Source: Gnetum montanum (taxonomy: Eukaryota > Plantae > Gnetophyta). From it: 64,000 nt of DNA. The notes below the pieces were generated by a model. The model searched no databases, was not told the DNA's origin, and saw only the letters and a list, made by a program, of their open reading frames with translations. Shown here piece by piece: positions 11,590-25,269 of this stretch. The DNA lies in the NCBI GenBank assembly GCA_015680685.1, contig MNCI01003186.1, forward strand, positions 453,068-517,067, in the 5' to 3' direction. Within the stretch, counting starts at the first letter, position 1; each line of letters starts with the position of its first letter. The translations under genes were made by a program, and so were the position numbers.

Positions 11590-14500
11590 ATTAAAAATGT
11601 AAGTGCCTCAATGCAAATGTTCATCTGGGATCCTCAAGCTATGGTCTTGCGCTAATCCTTGATGTTTGTGGATGTACATATTTGGGTTGCCATTTCATTA
11701 TCATATCATCTCGAAAGTCACCTATTGTGGATTCAAAGACTTATGTTGGTCCTTCCCTTGGAGTAACTTGTCGAGTTTGAACATTTGATCATCCTTGATA
11801 GTAAGTTCTCCAAGGGTTAGGAGTAGTCAAATAGATGGTAGAGGCTCATGCCTCATAAATCCATTATTTTGGCTGCATGACACTATGTCTTTGAGTTTCA
11901 TGAAGAACTTTGGGGATGTGTGGTTTCTAAATAATGAATGCAGGTATCTAGAAGTGTAGATCCTAGGAGGCATGTTTCTTTATCTTGCAGTGTGACTGCT
12001 ATTTAGAATGTTGTGAGATGAATGCATTGATGGATGGGGTGTCAATATTGATGGCTACTATATTGAGAAAGTCTATCTAAGAATGATAGTGGATGCAAAT
12101 GGTTGCATTGATTTGGTGTGGTTGAGGTAATAGAGTATCTTGATGCCCCTACAAGGTAGCATTGGGTGCATGCTTTCCTTGCCTAATCATGAATTTAACT
12201 ACTTAGTAGAAAATAGGTGGTAGATGTGAGTTCATGTGTACATGTTGGGAAACAAAGAGGACATAGGTTCTCATGTCCTTCATGCATGTATAGGTGCCTT
12301 GCTCTAGGATGTTAGTGAGTGTGCTCTTCCTTGGGACAAGTCAACCAAGAAATTAGATGAATAGAATGTGGAGGGTGCTTGTGGAGTACATTATTCAAAA
12401 ATGTGAGTGCCTTAATGCAAATGTTCATCTAGGATTCTTAAGCCATGGTCTTGCACTAATCCTCAGAGGTAGAGTAAGAAAGCCTAGTCATCTTGGATCA
12501 TGGGTGTATGTAATCAGGTTATTATTTCATGATCTTATCAACTTGAAAGTTACCTTTTGTGGATTCAAAGACTTATGTTAGCCCTTCCCTTGGAGTAACT
12601 TGTTGAGTTTGAACATTTGCTCATGCTTAGCAATAAGTTTTTCAAGGGCTAGGAGTAATCAGATTGATGGTAAAGGCTCATGCCTCATAAATCCACTGTT
12701 TTTTCTATGTGACACTCTATTTTTGGATTTCTTGGAGGAATTTGAAGGTGTGTGGTTTTTGAACAATGAATGTAGGTATCTCATAGCCTAGATCCTAGGA
12801 GGCATGTCTATTTATCTTGTAGTGTGACTGCTATTTAGAATGTTGTGAGATGGACACATTAAGTAGATGGGTTGTCAATATTGATGTATACTATATTGAA
12901 AAAGTCTCTGTAAAAATAATAGTGATTGAGCTTGTATGAATGGTTGTGTTGATTTGGTGTGGTTGAGGTAGCAGAGCATCTTGCTGCCCCCAGAGTAGCA
13001 TTGTGTGCATGCTTTCTTTGCCTAATCATGGATTCTACTATTTAGTAGCACATGGGTGGTATATGTGAGTTCACATGCACATGCTGGGGAAAAATGGGAT
13101 GTAGGTTCTCGTGTCCTTCATGCATGTGCAGGTGCCTTGCTCTAGGGTTTTAGCAAGTGTGTTCTTCCTTGGGATGAGTCAACCAAGACATCAGATGAAT
13201 AGAATGTGGAAGGTGCTTGCAGAGTATGTTAATTGAAAATGTGAGTGCCTTAATGTAATTATTTATCTAGGATCCTCATGTCATGGTCTTGTGCAAACCC
13301 TCGAGGCCAGAGCAAGAAAGCCTAGTCATCTTGAATCATGGATGCAAATAGTCAGGTTATCATTTCATGATCATATCATCTCAAAACTTACCTTTTATGG
13401 ATTCAAAGACTTATGTTGGCCCTTCCCTTAGAGTAACTTGTTGAGTTTCAACATTTTCTCATCCTCGACAATAATTTTTCCAAGGGTTAGAAGTAGTCGA
13501 ATAGATGGTAGAGGCTCATGCCTCATTAATCCATTGTTTTGGCTGTGCAACACTCTAGTTTTGGGTTTCACAGAGGACTTTGTAGGTGTGGGGTTAAATA
13601 GGATTTGTTCTTATGGTATTTGTGGTTAAAGAGTGTCTAGTGAGTACATTTGTTTGTTAGGATGAGTCAACAAAGAAATCGAATGAATAGAATGTGGTTA
13701 TGCTTGTGGATTATGTTAATTGAAAACATGAGTGCCTCAATGCAAATGTTTATCTAGGATTCTAAATCCATAGTCCAGCATTAACCCTTGAGGCTAGAGA
13801 CAGAAAGTTGAGCCACTGAGGATCATGGTGAAAGTATTTGGGTTATTATTTTATGATAATTATCACCTAAAAAGTTATCTTTTGTGGATTCAAAGACCTA
13901 CATTGGCCATTCACTTGGAGTAACTTGTTGAGTTTGAACGTTTGCTCATCCTCGGTAGTAATTTTTTCAAGGGTTAGGAGTAGTTGGATAGATAGTAGAG
14001 GCTCATGCCTCATAAATACATTGTTTTGGCTACATAACACTCTATTTTTTGGTTTCAATGAGGACTTTGGAGGTGTGTGGTTTTTGAAAAGTAAATGTGG
14101 GTATCTTGAAGCCTAGGTCCTAGGAGGTATTTTTGTTTATCTTAAAGTGTGATTGTTTTGAATGCATTCTAGTTTTCAAGAATGTTCATTTTATCCTAGG
14201 GTGTGATGGTTCTCATGGTTTACATTCATGACTATTGAGATGATTTAAGAGATATATGTCCTTCCTAGTTGATAGATACAATTGATAGAAAAGGTTTTGT
14301 CAAAGTGTGGATGTGTCTTGTGGTGTCTGTAGTTATAGAGTGCCTAACGAGTGCGTTTGTTTGTTAGGGTAAGTCAACAAAGGTATTGGATGAATAGAAT
14401 GTGAAGGTTTATTGCAAAGTACATTAATTAGAAACATGAGTGCCTCATTACAAATGTTCATATGAGATCCTCAAGCCATGGTCTTGGACTAATCCTCAAG

Positions 14501-17500
14501 GCTGGAGCAAGAAAGCCCAGTCATCTTGGATTGTGAGTGCAGATAGTTTGGTTACCATTTTGTGATCATATCATCTCTAAAGTTATCTTTTGTGGATTCA
14601 AAGAATTATGTTGGCCCTTCCCTTATAGTAACTTGTTGATTTTGAACATTTTCTTATCATCAGTAGTAAGTTTTCTAAGGATTATGAGTAGTCAGATAGA
14701 TGGTAGAGGTTCATGCTTGTAAATCCATTGTTTTGGCTATGCAACATTATTTTTTGGTTTCACAAAGGACTCTGGGGGTGTGTAATTTCTAAATAGTGAA
14801 TGCCAATATCTAGAAGCCTAGATCCCAAGAGACATGTCTATTTATCTTGCAGTGTGACTGTTCTAAATGTTCTAGTTTTTAGGAATGTTTGTGTTAGCCT
14901 AGGATGCAATGGTCCTCATGGTTCATGTTCATGACTCTTGAGCAGATTTGAGAGATAGATGTACTCCCTAGTTGATAGATACAATTGATAGAGAAAGGCT
15001 CATGGAGGTGTGAACATGTTTTGTGGTCTCTATAGTTAAAGAGTGTCGAGCAAGTACATTCGTTTGTTAGGGTGAGTTAACTAGGAAATTGGATCAATAG
15101 AATGTGGAGGGTGCTCTTGGAGTATGTTAATTGGAAACATGAGTGCCTCATTGCAAATGTTCATTCAAGATCCTTAGGCCATGGTCTTGTGGTAACACTC
15201 AAGGTTGAGCAAGAAAGCCTAGTCATCTTGGATCATGGGTGTAGATAGTTGGGTTATCATTTTGTGATCATATCATCTCAAAAGTTACCTTTCATGGATT
15301 CAAAGACTTAGGCTGGGCATTCCTTTGGAGTAACTTGTTAGGTTTGAATGTTTACTCATCCTCAGTAGTAAGTTTTCCAAGGGTTAGAAGTAGTAGGATA
15401 GATGGTAGAGGCTCATGCCTTATAAATCCATTATTTTGGTTGCATGACACTCTATTTTTGGTTTCATGGACTTTGGAGGTGTGTGGTTTCTGAACAATGG
15501 ATGATGGTATCTGGAAGTCTAGATCCTAGGAGGCATATCTATTTATCTTGCAGTGTGACTATTTTGAATGCTCTAGTTTTTAGTAATGTTTATCTTAGCT
15601 TAGGGTGCAATGGTCCTCATGATTCCTGTTCATGACTCTTGAGCTGATTTGAGAGATAGATGCCCTTCCTGATTGATAAATACGATTGATAGAGAAAGGC
15701 TCATGAAGTTGTGAATGTGTTTTGTGGTGTCTATGGTTAAGGAGTGTCTAGCAAGTGTGTCCATTTGTTAGGGTGAGTTAACCAAAAAATTGAACAAACT
15801 AAATGTTAAGGGTGCTAGTGGAGTACATAAATGGCAATGTGAGTACCTCAATGCAAATGTTCATCTAGGATTCTCAAGCTATGGTCCAACATTAACCCTT
15901 GAGGTGGGAGATAGAAAGCCAAGCCATCAAGGATCATGATGAAGGTATTTAGGTTTTAATTTTATGATCATTATCATCTCAAAAGTTATCTTTTGTGGAT
16001 TTAAAGACTTATGTTGGCCCTTCACTTGGAGTAACTTGTTGAGTTTAAACATTTCATCATCCTTAGTAGTAAGTTTTCTAAGGGTTAGGAGTAGTCAAAT
16101 AGATGGTAGAGGCTCATTCCTCATAAATCCATTATTTTGGCTATGTGACACTCTATTTTTTGGTTTTGTGGAGGAATTTGGGGGTGTGTGCTTTTTTAAT
16201 GATGAATGCCAGTATAGGGAAGCCTAGATCCTAGGAGGCATGTATGTTTATCTTGCAGTGTGACTATTTTGAATGTTCTAGTTTTCAGTAATTTCTGTGT
16301 TAGCCTAGGATGTGATGGTCCTCATCATTCACATTCATGAATCTTGAGTCAATTTGAGAGATAGATGCCCTCCCTAGTTAATAGATATGATTGACAAAGA
16401 AAGGCTTTTGGAGGTGTGGACATGTTATGTGATGTCCGTGATTAAGGAGTGTCTAGTGAGTATGTCTGTTTGTTAGGATGAGTCAACTTGAAAATTGGAT
16501 GAATTAAATGTTTCCAATGTTGGTGGAGTACGTAAAATGAAAATGTGAGTGCCTTAATGCAAATGTTCATCTAGGATCCTCAAGCCATGGTCTAGCATTA
16601 ACCCTCAAGCTAGGAACTAGAAAGTTAAGCCACTATGGATCATGGTGTAGATATTTGGGTTTTTTTTTTGTGATCATTATCACCTCAAGAGTTATATTTT
16701 GTGGATTCAAAGAATTATGTTGCCCCTTCCCTAGGAGTAAATTATTGAGTTTGAACATTTAATCATCCTTGAAAATATGTTTTCTAAGGGTTAGGAGTAG
16801 TTGGACATATGGTAGAGGCTCATGCATCATAAATCCATTATTTTGGTTGTGCAACACTTTGCTTTTGGTTTTCATGGAGGAATTTGTGGGTGTGTGGTTT
16901 CTAAATGATGAATGTAGGTTTCTCAAAGCCTAGATCCTATGAGGTATTTCTATTTATCTTATAGTGTGATTATTTTGAATATGTTCTAGTTTTCAAGAAT
17001 GTCCATTTTATTCTAGGATGTGATGGTTCTCATGGTTCATGTTCATGGATCTTAAGCCAATTAGAGAGATAGATGCCCTTCCTAGTTGACACAAATGATT
17101 AATAGAGAAAGGCTCATGAATATGTGAACATGTTCTATGGTGTCCATAGTTAAAGAGTGTCTAGGGAGTGCATTCATTTGTTAGGGTGATTCAACCTAGA
17201 AATTGGATGAATAGAATGTTAAGGGTGCTGGCAGAGTACATTAATCGAAAATGTGAGTTCCTTAATGCAAATGTTCATCTAGGATCTTCAAGCCCATGGT
17301 CTAGCATTAACCCTTGAGGCTGGAGCTAGAAATCCCAACCACCAAGGATCATGGTGCATGTATTCAAGTTGCCATTTTACAATCATATCATCTCAAATGT
17401 TATCTTTTGATGGATTCAAAGACTTACATTAGTCATTCCCTTAGAGTAACTTGTTAAGCTTGAATGTTTTCTCATCCTTGGTAGTATGTTTTCAAAGGAT

Positions 17501-19020
17501 CATGAGTAGTCAAAAAAATGGTAGAGGATCATGCTTGATAAATCCATTATTTTAGCTACATGACACTCTATTTTTGGGTTTCAAAGAGGACTTTGCAAGT
17601 GTGTGGTTTCTAACCAATCAATGTGGGTATCTGGAATCCTATATCCTGGGAGGTGTTTCTATTTATCTTATGGTATGATTATTTTTATGGTGCCATGGTC
17701 CTCATGATTCATGTTCATGACTCTTGAGCCAATTCGAGAGAAAGGCTCATGGAGGTGTGAACATTTTCTATGATGTGCATAGATAAAAAGTGTTCATTGA
17801 GTGTCCCTATTTCTTAGGATGAGTCAACATAGAAATTGGATGAATAGAATGTCAAGGATGCTAGTAGAGTACATTAAATTGGAAACATGAGTGACTCAAT
17901 GAAAATGTTCATCTTGGATCCTTAAGCCATGGACTCGCATTACCCCTTGAGGCCTACGCTAGAAAGCCCAACCATCAAGGATCATGATGTAGGTATTCAA
18001 GTTGGCATTTCACAATCATATCACCTCAAAAGGTATCTTTTGTGGATTCAAATACTTACATTGGCCCTTCCCTTGGAGTAACTTGTTGAGTTTGAATGTT
18101 TTCTCATCCTTAGCATTTAGTTTTCCAAGTGTTAGGAGTAGTCAAACAGATGGTAGAGGATCATGCTTCATAAATCCATTATTTTGGTTGTGTGACACTC
18201 TATTTTTGGGTTTCACAAAGGATTTTATGTGTGTGATTTCTAAATGGTGAATGGAGGTATCTAGAAGTCTAGATCCTAGCAGGAATTTCTATTTATCTTA
18301 TGATGTGATTGTTCTAAATGTGTTATAGTTTTCATGAATGTTTGTGTTAGCCTAGGGTGTGATGGTCCTCATGGTTCACGTTCATGACTCTTGAGCCAAT
18401 CCAAGAGCAGATGCCTCCTCCGTTGTTGATAGATATAATTGATAGAGAAATGATTGTAAAGGTGTGGATGTGTTCTATGGTGTCTATAGTTAAAAAGTGT
18501 TCATTGAATGTCCCTGTTTCTTAGGGTGAGTCAACATACAAATAAGATGAATAGAATGTCGAGCATGTTGTTGGAGTATGTTAAATTAGAAACATGAGTG
18601 CCTCAATGCAAATGTTCATCTTGGATCCTTAAGCCATGGCTAGAGCTAGAAATCCTAGCCATTAAGGATCATGGTGTAAGTATTTGGGTTAGTGTTTTGC
18701 AATCATATCACCTTGAAAGTTATCTTTCATGGATTCAAAGAATTACAATGGCCCTTCCCTTGGAGTAACTTATTGAGTTTTAATAGTTGCTCATGCTTGA
18801 CAATATGTTTTTCAAGGGTTAGGAGTAATCAGACAGATGGTGGAGGAATATGTCTCATAAATCCATTGTTTTGGCTATGTTACACTCTATTTTTGGGTTT
18901 CATAGAGGACTTTGGGGATGTGTGGTTTCTAAATAGTGAATGTAGATATCTGGAAGCCTAGATCCTAAGAGGCATGTTTATTTATTCTCAATCCAAATGT
19001 TCATCCTGGATCCTCAAGGT
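11590..19020 (+). repeat. Putative 5'ETS tandem array D, ~11 copies of a ~0.5-0.85 kb unit
   Basis: Landmark GGATTCAAAGA...CCCTTCCCTTGGAGTAACTTG recurs at ~11730, 12560, 13400, 13885, 14595, 15295, 15995, 16700, 17410, 18045 and 18730. Confidence 0.85.
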
Positions 19021-19321
19021 GAGGGCAAGGGATGAAAACATCCTTGTCCCAAAGGAGAATGTGATTTCAAATATGTGGCTATATTCAATCTTCATTTTGC
19101 ATTCATAATGTGATGGTGTAGTTTCATGTTGCTCAAGATGGCTCATGGTCTTACTTGTTGACTTAAGAGGGAGATTTGAACCATGTCTTGAGCGTTGGTT
19201 CCCTATGGTTTCATTGTTTCAACGCATACCTGATCGTGAGGGTTGCATTAAGGATAGAAACATCCTTGCCCTTGAGGAGAATGCAATTTTAAAGTGGTGC
19301 ATACATCCAATCTTCGCTTCG

Positions 19322-20370
19322 CTAGCATTAATTGGCTAGGTCATGGCTTTGATGTTGTTAATTTGAAAAAATTAGAATGCTCAAAGCAATCCTATTCTTT
19401 AAATACATTAGCATGAAATAACACAATAAGATTTTGATACTATTGTGTTGGCCTTCGGGATCAGCGTAATGATTCATAGGGACTATCAGGGGCATTTTTA
19501 TTTCATTATCAAAGTTGAAATTCTTGGATTTATGAAGGGCAACTACCATGAAAGCATTTGCCAAAGATGTTTTGATTAATCAAGAATGAAAGTTGGGGGC
19601 TTAAAGAGGATCAAATACCATCCTAGTCTCAACCATGAATGATGCCAACTAAGGATAAATGGATGTTGCTTTTAGAACTTTGTCAAAACCTTTTGAGAAA
19701 TCAAAGTGTTTGGGTTCTAAGGGGAGTATGGTTGCAAGGTTGAAACTTAAAGGAATTGATGGAGAGGCATCACCAAGAGTGGAGCTTGTGGCTTAATTTA
19801 ACTTAACATGGGAAAGGTTACCAGGTCTAGACATAGTAAGGATTGATATATTAAGAGCTCTTTCTTGATTCTATGGGTGGTGGTGCATGGCCATTCTTAG
19901 TTAGTGGAGTGATTTGTCTAGTTAATTCCATTAATGAATGAGACCTCAATCTACTAACTAGCTATGTGGAGGTATACCTTTCATAGATAGCTTCTTAGAG
20001 GAACTATGGTCACTTAGGACATGGAAGTTTGAGGCAATAATAGGTCGGTGATGCCCTTAGATGTTCTAGGCCACATGCATGCTACACTAATGCATTCAAT
20101 GAGATTTTTTCCCTAGTCTAAGAGGATTAGGTAATCTTATGAAAATGCATCGTGATGGGGATATATCTTTGAAATTATTGGTCTTCAATGAGGAGTTCCT
20201 AATAAGTGAGTCATTAGCTCATGTTGACTATGTCCTTGCCCTTTGTACACACCACTTGTCACTCCTACTGATTGAAAAATCCAGTGAAATGTTTAGATTA
20301 TAGCAACAATAATGGTTTTTGCCATCATCAACATCATGAGAAGCTCATTGAACCTATAGTAGGATCATTG
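19322..20370 (+). rRNA. 18S: 18S rRNA pseudogene (roughly the first 700 nt missing, ~50 nt deletion near the 3' end, heavy deamination)
   Basis: Recognisable conserved tracts: GAAATTCTTGGATTTATGA, AAACTTAAAGGAATTGA, GGGTGGTGGTGCATGGCC, GTGATGCCCTTAGATGTTCT, TTTGTACACACC, terminal AGGATCATTG. Confidence 0.95.
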
Positions 20371-21377
20371 ACATGTACAAGATTTTGTCCCGTTCATTAT
20401 GGTCATGTGAGATACCTATTAAAGGATTTTCCTACAAATGAATGTAGACTGTTAGGTCCCATGTCTTCATCACAGTGACAATGAATGCTTAGGAGACCTT
20501 CACAGAGCATCCGCAATGGTGGGGCTATGCTAGGATGTGTGAGGGAAATGCCCATCCCACGTGATTTCACTATGGTAGGAACTTCATGCAACACCTATGG
20601 GAGAGTGTGTGCTTGATGAGGCATGAGACATTGTGTCCAAATTACACTTCACATGTTCAACAAATCGATGACCTAAAGGACATATCAACATCTAGGTAAA
20701 TTTTGAGGGAAAGGATCAATCCAGAGCACTCAAAGAAGGGGGTTTGGATTGCTTCTAATGAAGTATGTGTCAGCCACAGTCATCATCCTCTATCAAGGAT
20801 AGGTGGGAAGATGTTTTTTTCAAGAGTGGTAACCCCCCAAATGGAGCATCGATACCTCAATGAGTAAATCATGGTTTTCAAACTACATTATTAGTTGATG
20901 AGCATGTCCTAAACATCTTTAAATATAGCCTAGACATGAGGGGGACATACGAAGGCTGCTTTTTTCTCCTAGCCATCTAGTTCCATGAAGATAGGGGCAC
21001 ACGAGAAAGAGGGATAATATGTGATGACTAGGAGTAGTTCTCCTCTCCCATCACACATATTTGAGGTGAACGATTGGCTTCAACCTCTTGGTTGTAGGGT
21101 ACATTGTTCCTTTGGAAAGTGCTAGGGAAATTTGGAGCATTTGCATTGAATAGCTATAATGTTGGTGCTTTGTGGGTTCACATCCCACCCACCTATGGTT
21201 GCATAGTAGGGTTCTCCTTTGAAGGGTGGTTGCCCCCTTATTTGGACATTAACACTGGTCGCATCCACTAGGTGTCACCTATCTCTTTCCCCTACTCAAG
21301 GGTGGAAGTGGCACCAAGGATGTGATGAACATCTGCTATCTTTCTAGGATGGACAACGAGAGTTTGTGATTCCCCAT
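20371..21377 (+). other. ITS1 (~1.0 kb)
   Basis: Lies between the 18S end and the 5.8S start. Contains GGCACCAAGGA (~21310), resembling the conserved plant ITS1 GCCAAGGAA motif. Confidence 0.85.
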
Positions 21378-21535
21378 CATGATTCTTGATAATGGATATC
21401 TCAGCTCTTGTTTCTATGAAGAATGTACCAAAATTTGATACTTTGTGTGAATTATTGAATCCTATGAATCATTAAATCTTCGAACACAAGTTGCACCTGA
21501 GGCCTAGGTCAAGGGAACATCTGCCTAAGTGTCAT
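21378..21535 (+). rRNA. 5.8S: 5.8S rRNA pseudogene
   Basis: AATGGATATCTCAGCTCT..ATGAAGAATGTA..GTGTGAATT..GAACACAAGTTGCACCTGAGGCC..CTGCCT, a deaminated plant 5.8S. Confidence 0.92.
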
Positions 21536-21835
21536 GAAATTTGATCACATGCCTTCTTTTCATATGATGCGATGGGGTAGCAAATGTCGTCATCCATGTC
21601 TCCCAAGTTGCAATCAGCTAAAAGTTGCTATCATTCATGTTTCTCACTTCTTCCTAATGGAGTGATGGATGGTGGTGGTAGTCTCTATGTTCCCTACACC
21701 AATCATGCATGAGGTACATTGGCTTCCTTTCTACCCTTTTCCTTTGATGCAATAAGGGACCATGTGATTGGGGGTTTTAGGGGATGATGTCCCTTCTTTG
21801 GGTCATGCATAGGAGTGATGATGCTTCCTCTTGTA
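21536..21835 (+). other. ITS2 (~300 bp)
   Basis: Lies between the 5.8S and the 26S start. Confidence 0.8.
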
Positions 21836-22192
21836 GTGACCATAGTTTAGGTAAGGATACCCACTAAATTTAAGCATATAACTAAGCTAAGGAAGAGAAA
21901 CTTATGAGGATTCTCCTAGTAATAGTAAGAAAACTAGGAATAGTCTAGCATGAAAATCTAGTGGTAGTTGTTGCCCAAATTTTAGTCTACAGAAGCATCC
22001 CCTAGGTGGACCAAGCCTAAGTCCCCTGGAATGGGGATCTAGAGATGGTGATAGCCACATCAAGCTTAGACCTTGCTGCATCTTAGGATGCTATCGGTGA
22101 GGTGGGTTATTTGGGAATGTAGCCCTAAGTGGGTGGAAAATTCTATCCAAGGATAAATACACACAAGAGACCAATAGCAAACAAGTACTACA

Positions 22193-22225
<33 letters not shown>

Positions 22226-24122
22226 TAAAAGTGCTTGAAATTTTTGAGAGGGAAGTAGATGGAGGCTAACATTGCTTCCTAGCTAGACATGAAATGGAGC
22301 ATGTACACTTTGGTCCATTGCTCAGTCCAAAAGGTGAGTTTGTATGGATCGATGTTACAACATAAGCATGCATATCTAGATACGTGTGTGCTACTGCTAT
22401 GATAGTCAAGGGTCCAAGCATGCATAACTTTGAGGGCTAGGTCCTATAGTGCCTACGTGCTTGGGATGTAGATTTTATGGGCTTTCCATTCAACCTATCT
22501 TAAAACACAGACCAAACAGTCTAACATGCATGAAAATCATTGAGTTTACAAACCTACACAGTGTAAGGAAGCTAAAAGGTGGGATCCCTATGAGGACATG
22601 GAGCACCATCTACTGACCTTGATCTTGTTAAGAAGGGTTCAAATGAAAGCATGCCTATTGGAACGCAAAAGATGGTGAACTATGCCTATGTAGGGTGAAG
22701 CTAGAGGAAACTCTACTAGAGGCCTATTTCAATACTAATGTGCAAATCATTCATCTAACTTGAATATAGGACTAAAACACTAATTGAACCATCTAGTAGC
22801 TAGTTCCCTCTAAATTTTCCCTTAGGATAGTTAGAGATCACATTCTCAAGTTTTATCAAGTAAAGCAAATGATTAGAGGCATTGAGGATGCAACATCCTT
22901 GACCTATTCTCAAACTCTAAATAGGTAAGATGACATGATCACCTTGACAAGCCATGTCAATGAATTGAGAGCTCTAAGTAAGCCATTCTTGGTAAGTAGA
23001 ACTAGTGATGCAAGCTAAACCAAAAGTCAAGCTATGATGCCTAACTACCCACTAACCTAAAACCCACAAAGAATGTTGGTTGATTAAGATAGTAGGATGA
23101 TGATCATGGAAGTTGAAATCCACTAAGTATGTAACAACTCACTTGTCGAATCAAGTAGCCCCAAAAATGGATGGTGCTTAAGCACATGACCTATGCTTGA
23201 TTATTGGGGCAAAAGATAGGCCTTGATGAGTAGGAGGGCATGGGGGTCATTGCAAACCTAGGGTGTGAGCCTAGGTGGAGTGGCCCTCGGTGTAGATCTT
23301 GGTGATAGTAGCAAATATTCAAAAGAGAACTTTCAAGACCAATGTGGAGAAAGGTTCCATGTGAACAACACTTGGACATGGGTTAGTTAATCCTAAGAGA
23401 TGGGAGAGCCCCTTCCAATAGGTGCACTCTAAATGAGATCTCAAAAGGAAATCAAGTTAATATTCTTGAACCAGGACATGGTAGTGGATGGCAATGTTAG
23501 GGAATCTAGAGAAACTGATGAGGGCCCTAGGAAGAGTTATCTTTTCTTTTCAATAGCTTGTCCACCCGAAAATCGACTCAATCGGAGATAGGATCCAACA
23601 ATTGGAAGAGCATCACATGTCCTATGATGTCTAGTGTGCCCTTAGTGGCCCCTAAACATTTAGAGAACTAAGTACCATTCATGCTTGATCATACTCATAA
23701 CTGCATCAGGTCTCCAAGGTGAATAACCTCTAGTCCATAGTAAAATGTAGGTAAGTGAAGTCAGCAAAATGGATCCGTAACTTTGGAAAAAGGATTGGCT
23801 CTAAGAATTGGGCCTAGGGGTCTATGCCCTAAACTTGTGGGCTATCGAGGACTTGCCTAAGCTACTTCTATGATGATGGCAAGCCCTCATGTGCTAGTTG
23901 AGTGGTGAATGTAGAGCATATTCCTCCCCTTCATGAGGCAGGACTTTCCCTGGGCAATGAACAACTAGTTTAGAACTAGCTTGAACAAGGGAAATCCAAC
24001 TATTTAACTAAAAAAATGCATTGTGATGGTCCCTACAAATGATAATGTAATGTGATTTCTACCTAGTGCTCTGAATGTCAAAGTAAAGAAATTCAACTAA
24101 GCACAGGTAAATGGTGGGAGTT

Positions 24123-24170
<48 letters not shown>

Positions 24171-25265
24171 TGCACATGAATGGATTATTGAGATTCCCAC
24201 TATCCCTACCTACTATATAGCAAAACCACAACCAAGGGAATGAGCTTGGTAGAATCAACACGGAAAGAAGACCCTATTGGACTTGACTCTAGTTTGACTT
24301 TGTGAAATGACTTAAGAGGTGTAGAATAAGTGGGAGTTGCTTGTAGCACAAGTGAAATACCACTAATTTTAACATTATTTTACTTAGTATATTAGTCATG
24401 AATGGGGAAAACCCTTACTTTTGGACCCAAGACACACCTCAACATGTTGATCTATGTAAAAGATAATGTTAGGTGGGGAGTTTGGCTAGGGAAGCACATC
24501 TGTTAAAAGATAACACGTGTCCTAAGATGAGCTTGATGAGAATAGAAATCGCATGTGGAATAGAAGGGTAAAAGCTAATTTTATTTTAATTTTCAATACA
24601 AATACAAATCATGAAAGCATGGCCTATTGATCCTTTAGATCTTGGAAATTTGAAGCTAGAGGTGTCAGAAAAGTTACCATAGGGATAATTGGCTTGTGGT
24701 AGCCAAGCATTCATAGTGATGTTGCATTTTGATCCTTCGATGTTGGCTCTTCCTATCATTATGAAGTAGAATTTGCCAAGTGTTAGATTGTTCACCCACC
24801 AATAGGGCACATGAGCTAGGTTTAGACTGTTTTGAGACAAGTTAGTTTTACCTTACTAATGATGTATGCCACAATAGTAATTCAACTTAGTATGAGAGGA
24901 ACCATTGATTCACACAATTGGTCATCGTGTTTGGTTGAAAATCTAGTGACATGAAGCTACCATGTGTTAGATTATGATTGAACACCTCTAAGTTAGAATT
25001 CATGCTAGAGGTAGCACCTCTTTCCTTGTGGGTTGCCACATGAGTCGTAGTAGATGTAGCTTCGTTGCTCCTGTTTCAATGTGTTAATAGTACCCCCTAT
25101 TATTTCCTACATGACAAGGCACCAGGAGCCATGTAGTTTCATTTCAAGCTATCAGTGAGAAGAATCCTTTGTAGATAACTTAAATACACCATGGGGTATT
25201 GTAAGTGGTAGAGTGGCCTTGCTACCACAATCCACCAAGATTCAACCTTTATCATCAAGATTCAT
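21836..25265 (+). rRNA. 26S: 26S/28S rRNA pseudogene, near full length
   Basis: ACCCACTAAATTTAAGCATAT, GGGAAAGATGAAAAGGACTTTGAAAAGAGAG, ACTATGACTCTCTTAAGGTAGCCAAATGCCTCGTCATCTAATTAGTGA, sarcin-ricin loop AGTATGAGAGGAAC (24889-24902). Confidence 0.96.
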
Positions 25266-25269
25266 GATC

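Noticed and set aside
12357-18961. Recurrent short ORFs (GFKDLCWPF...DGRGSCLINPLF) suggesting a tandem gene family
   Set aside because: They are translations of the D repeat with inconsistent starts and stops and no recognisable domain.
19358-24840. Minus-strand ORFs at 19358, 23191 and 24586
   Set aside because: They are antisense to rRNA sequence, a well-known source of spurious proteins.
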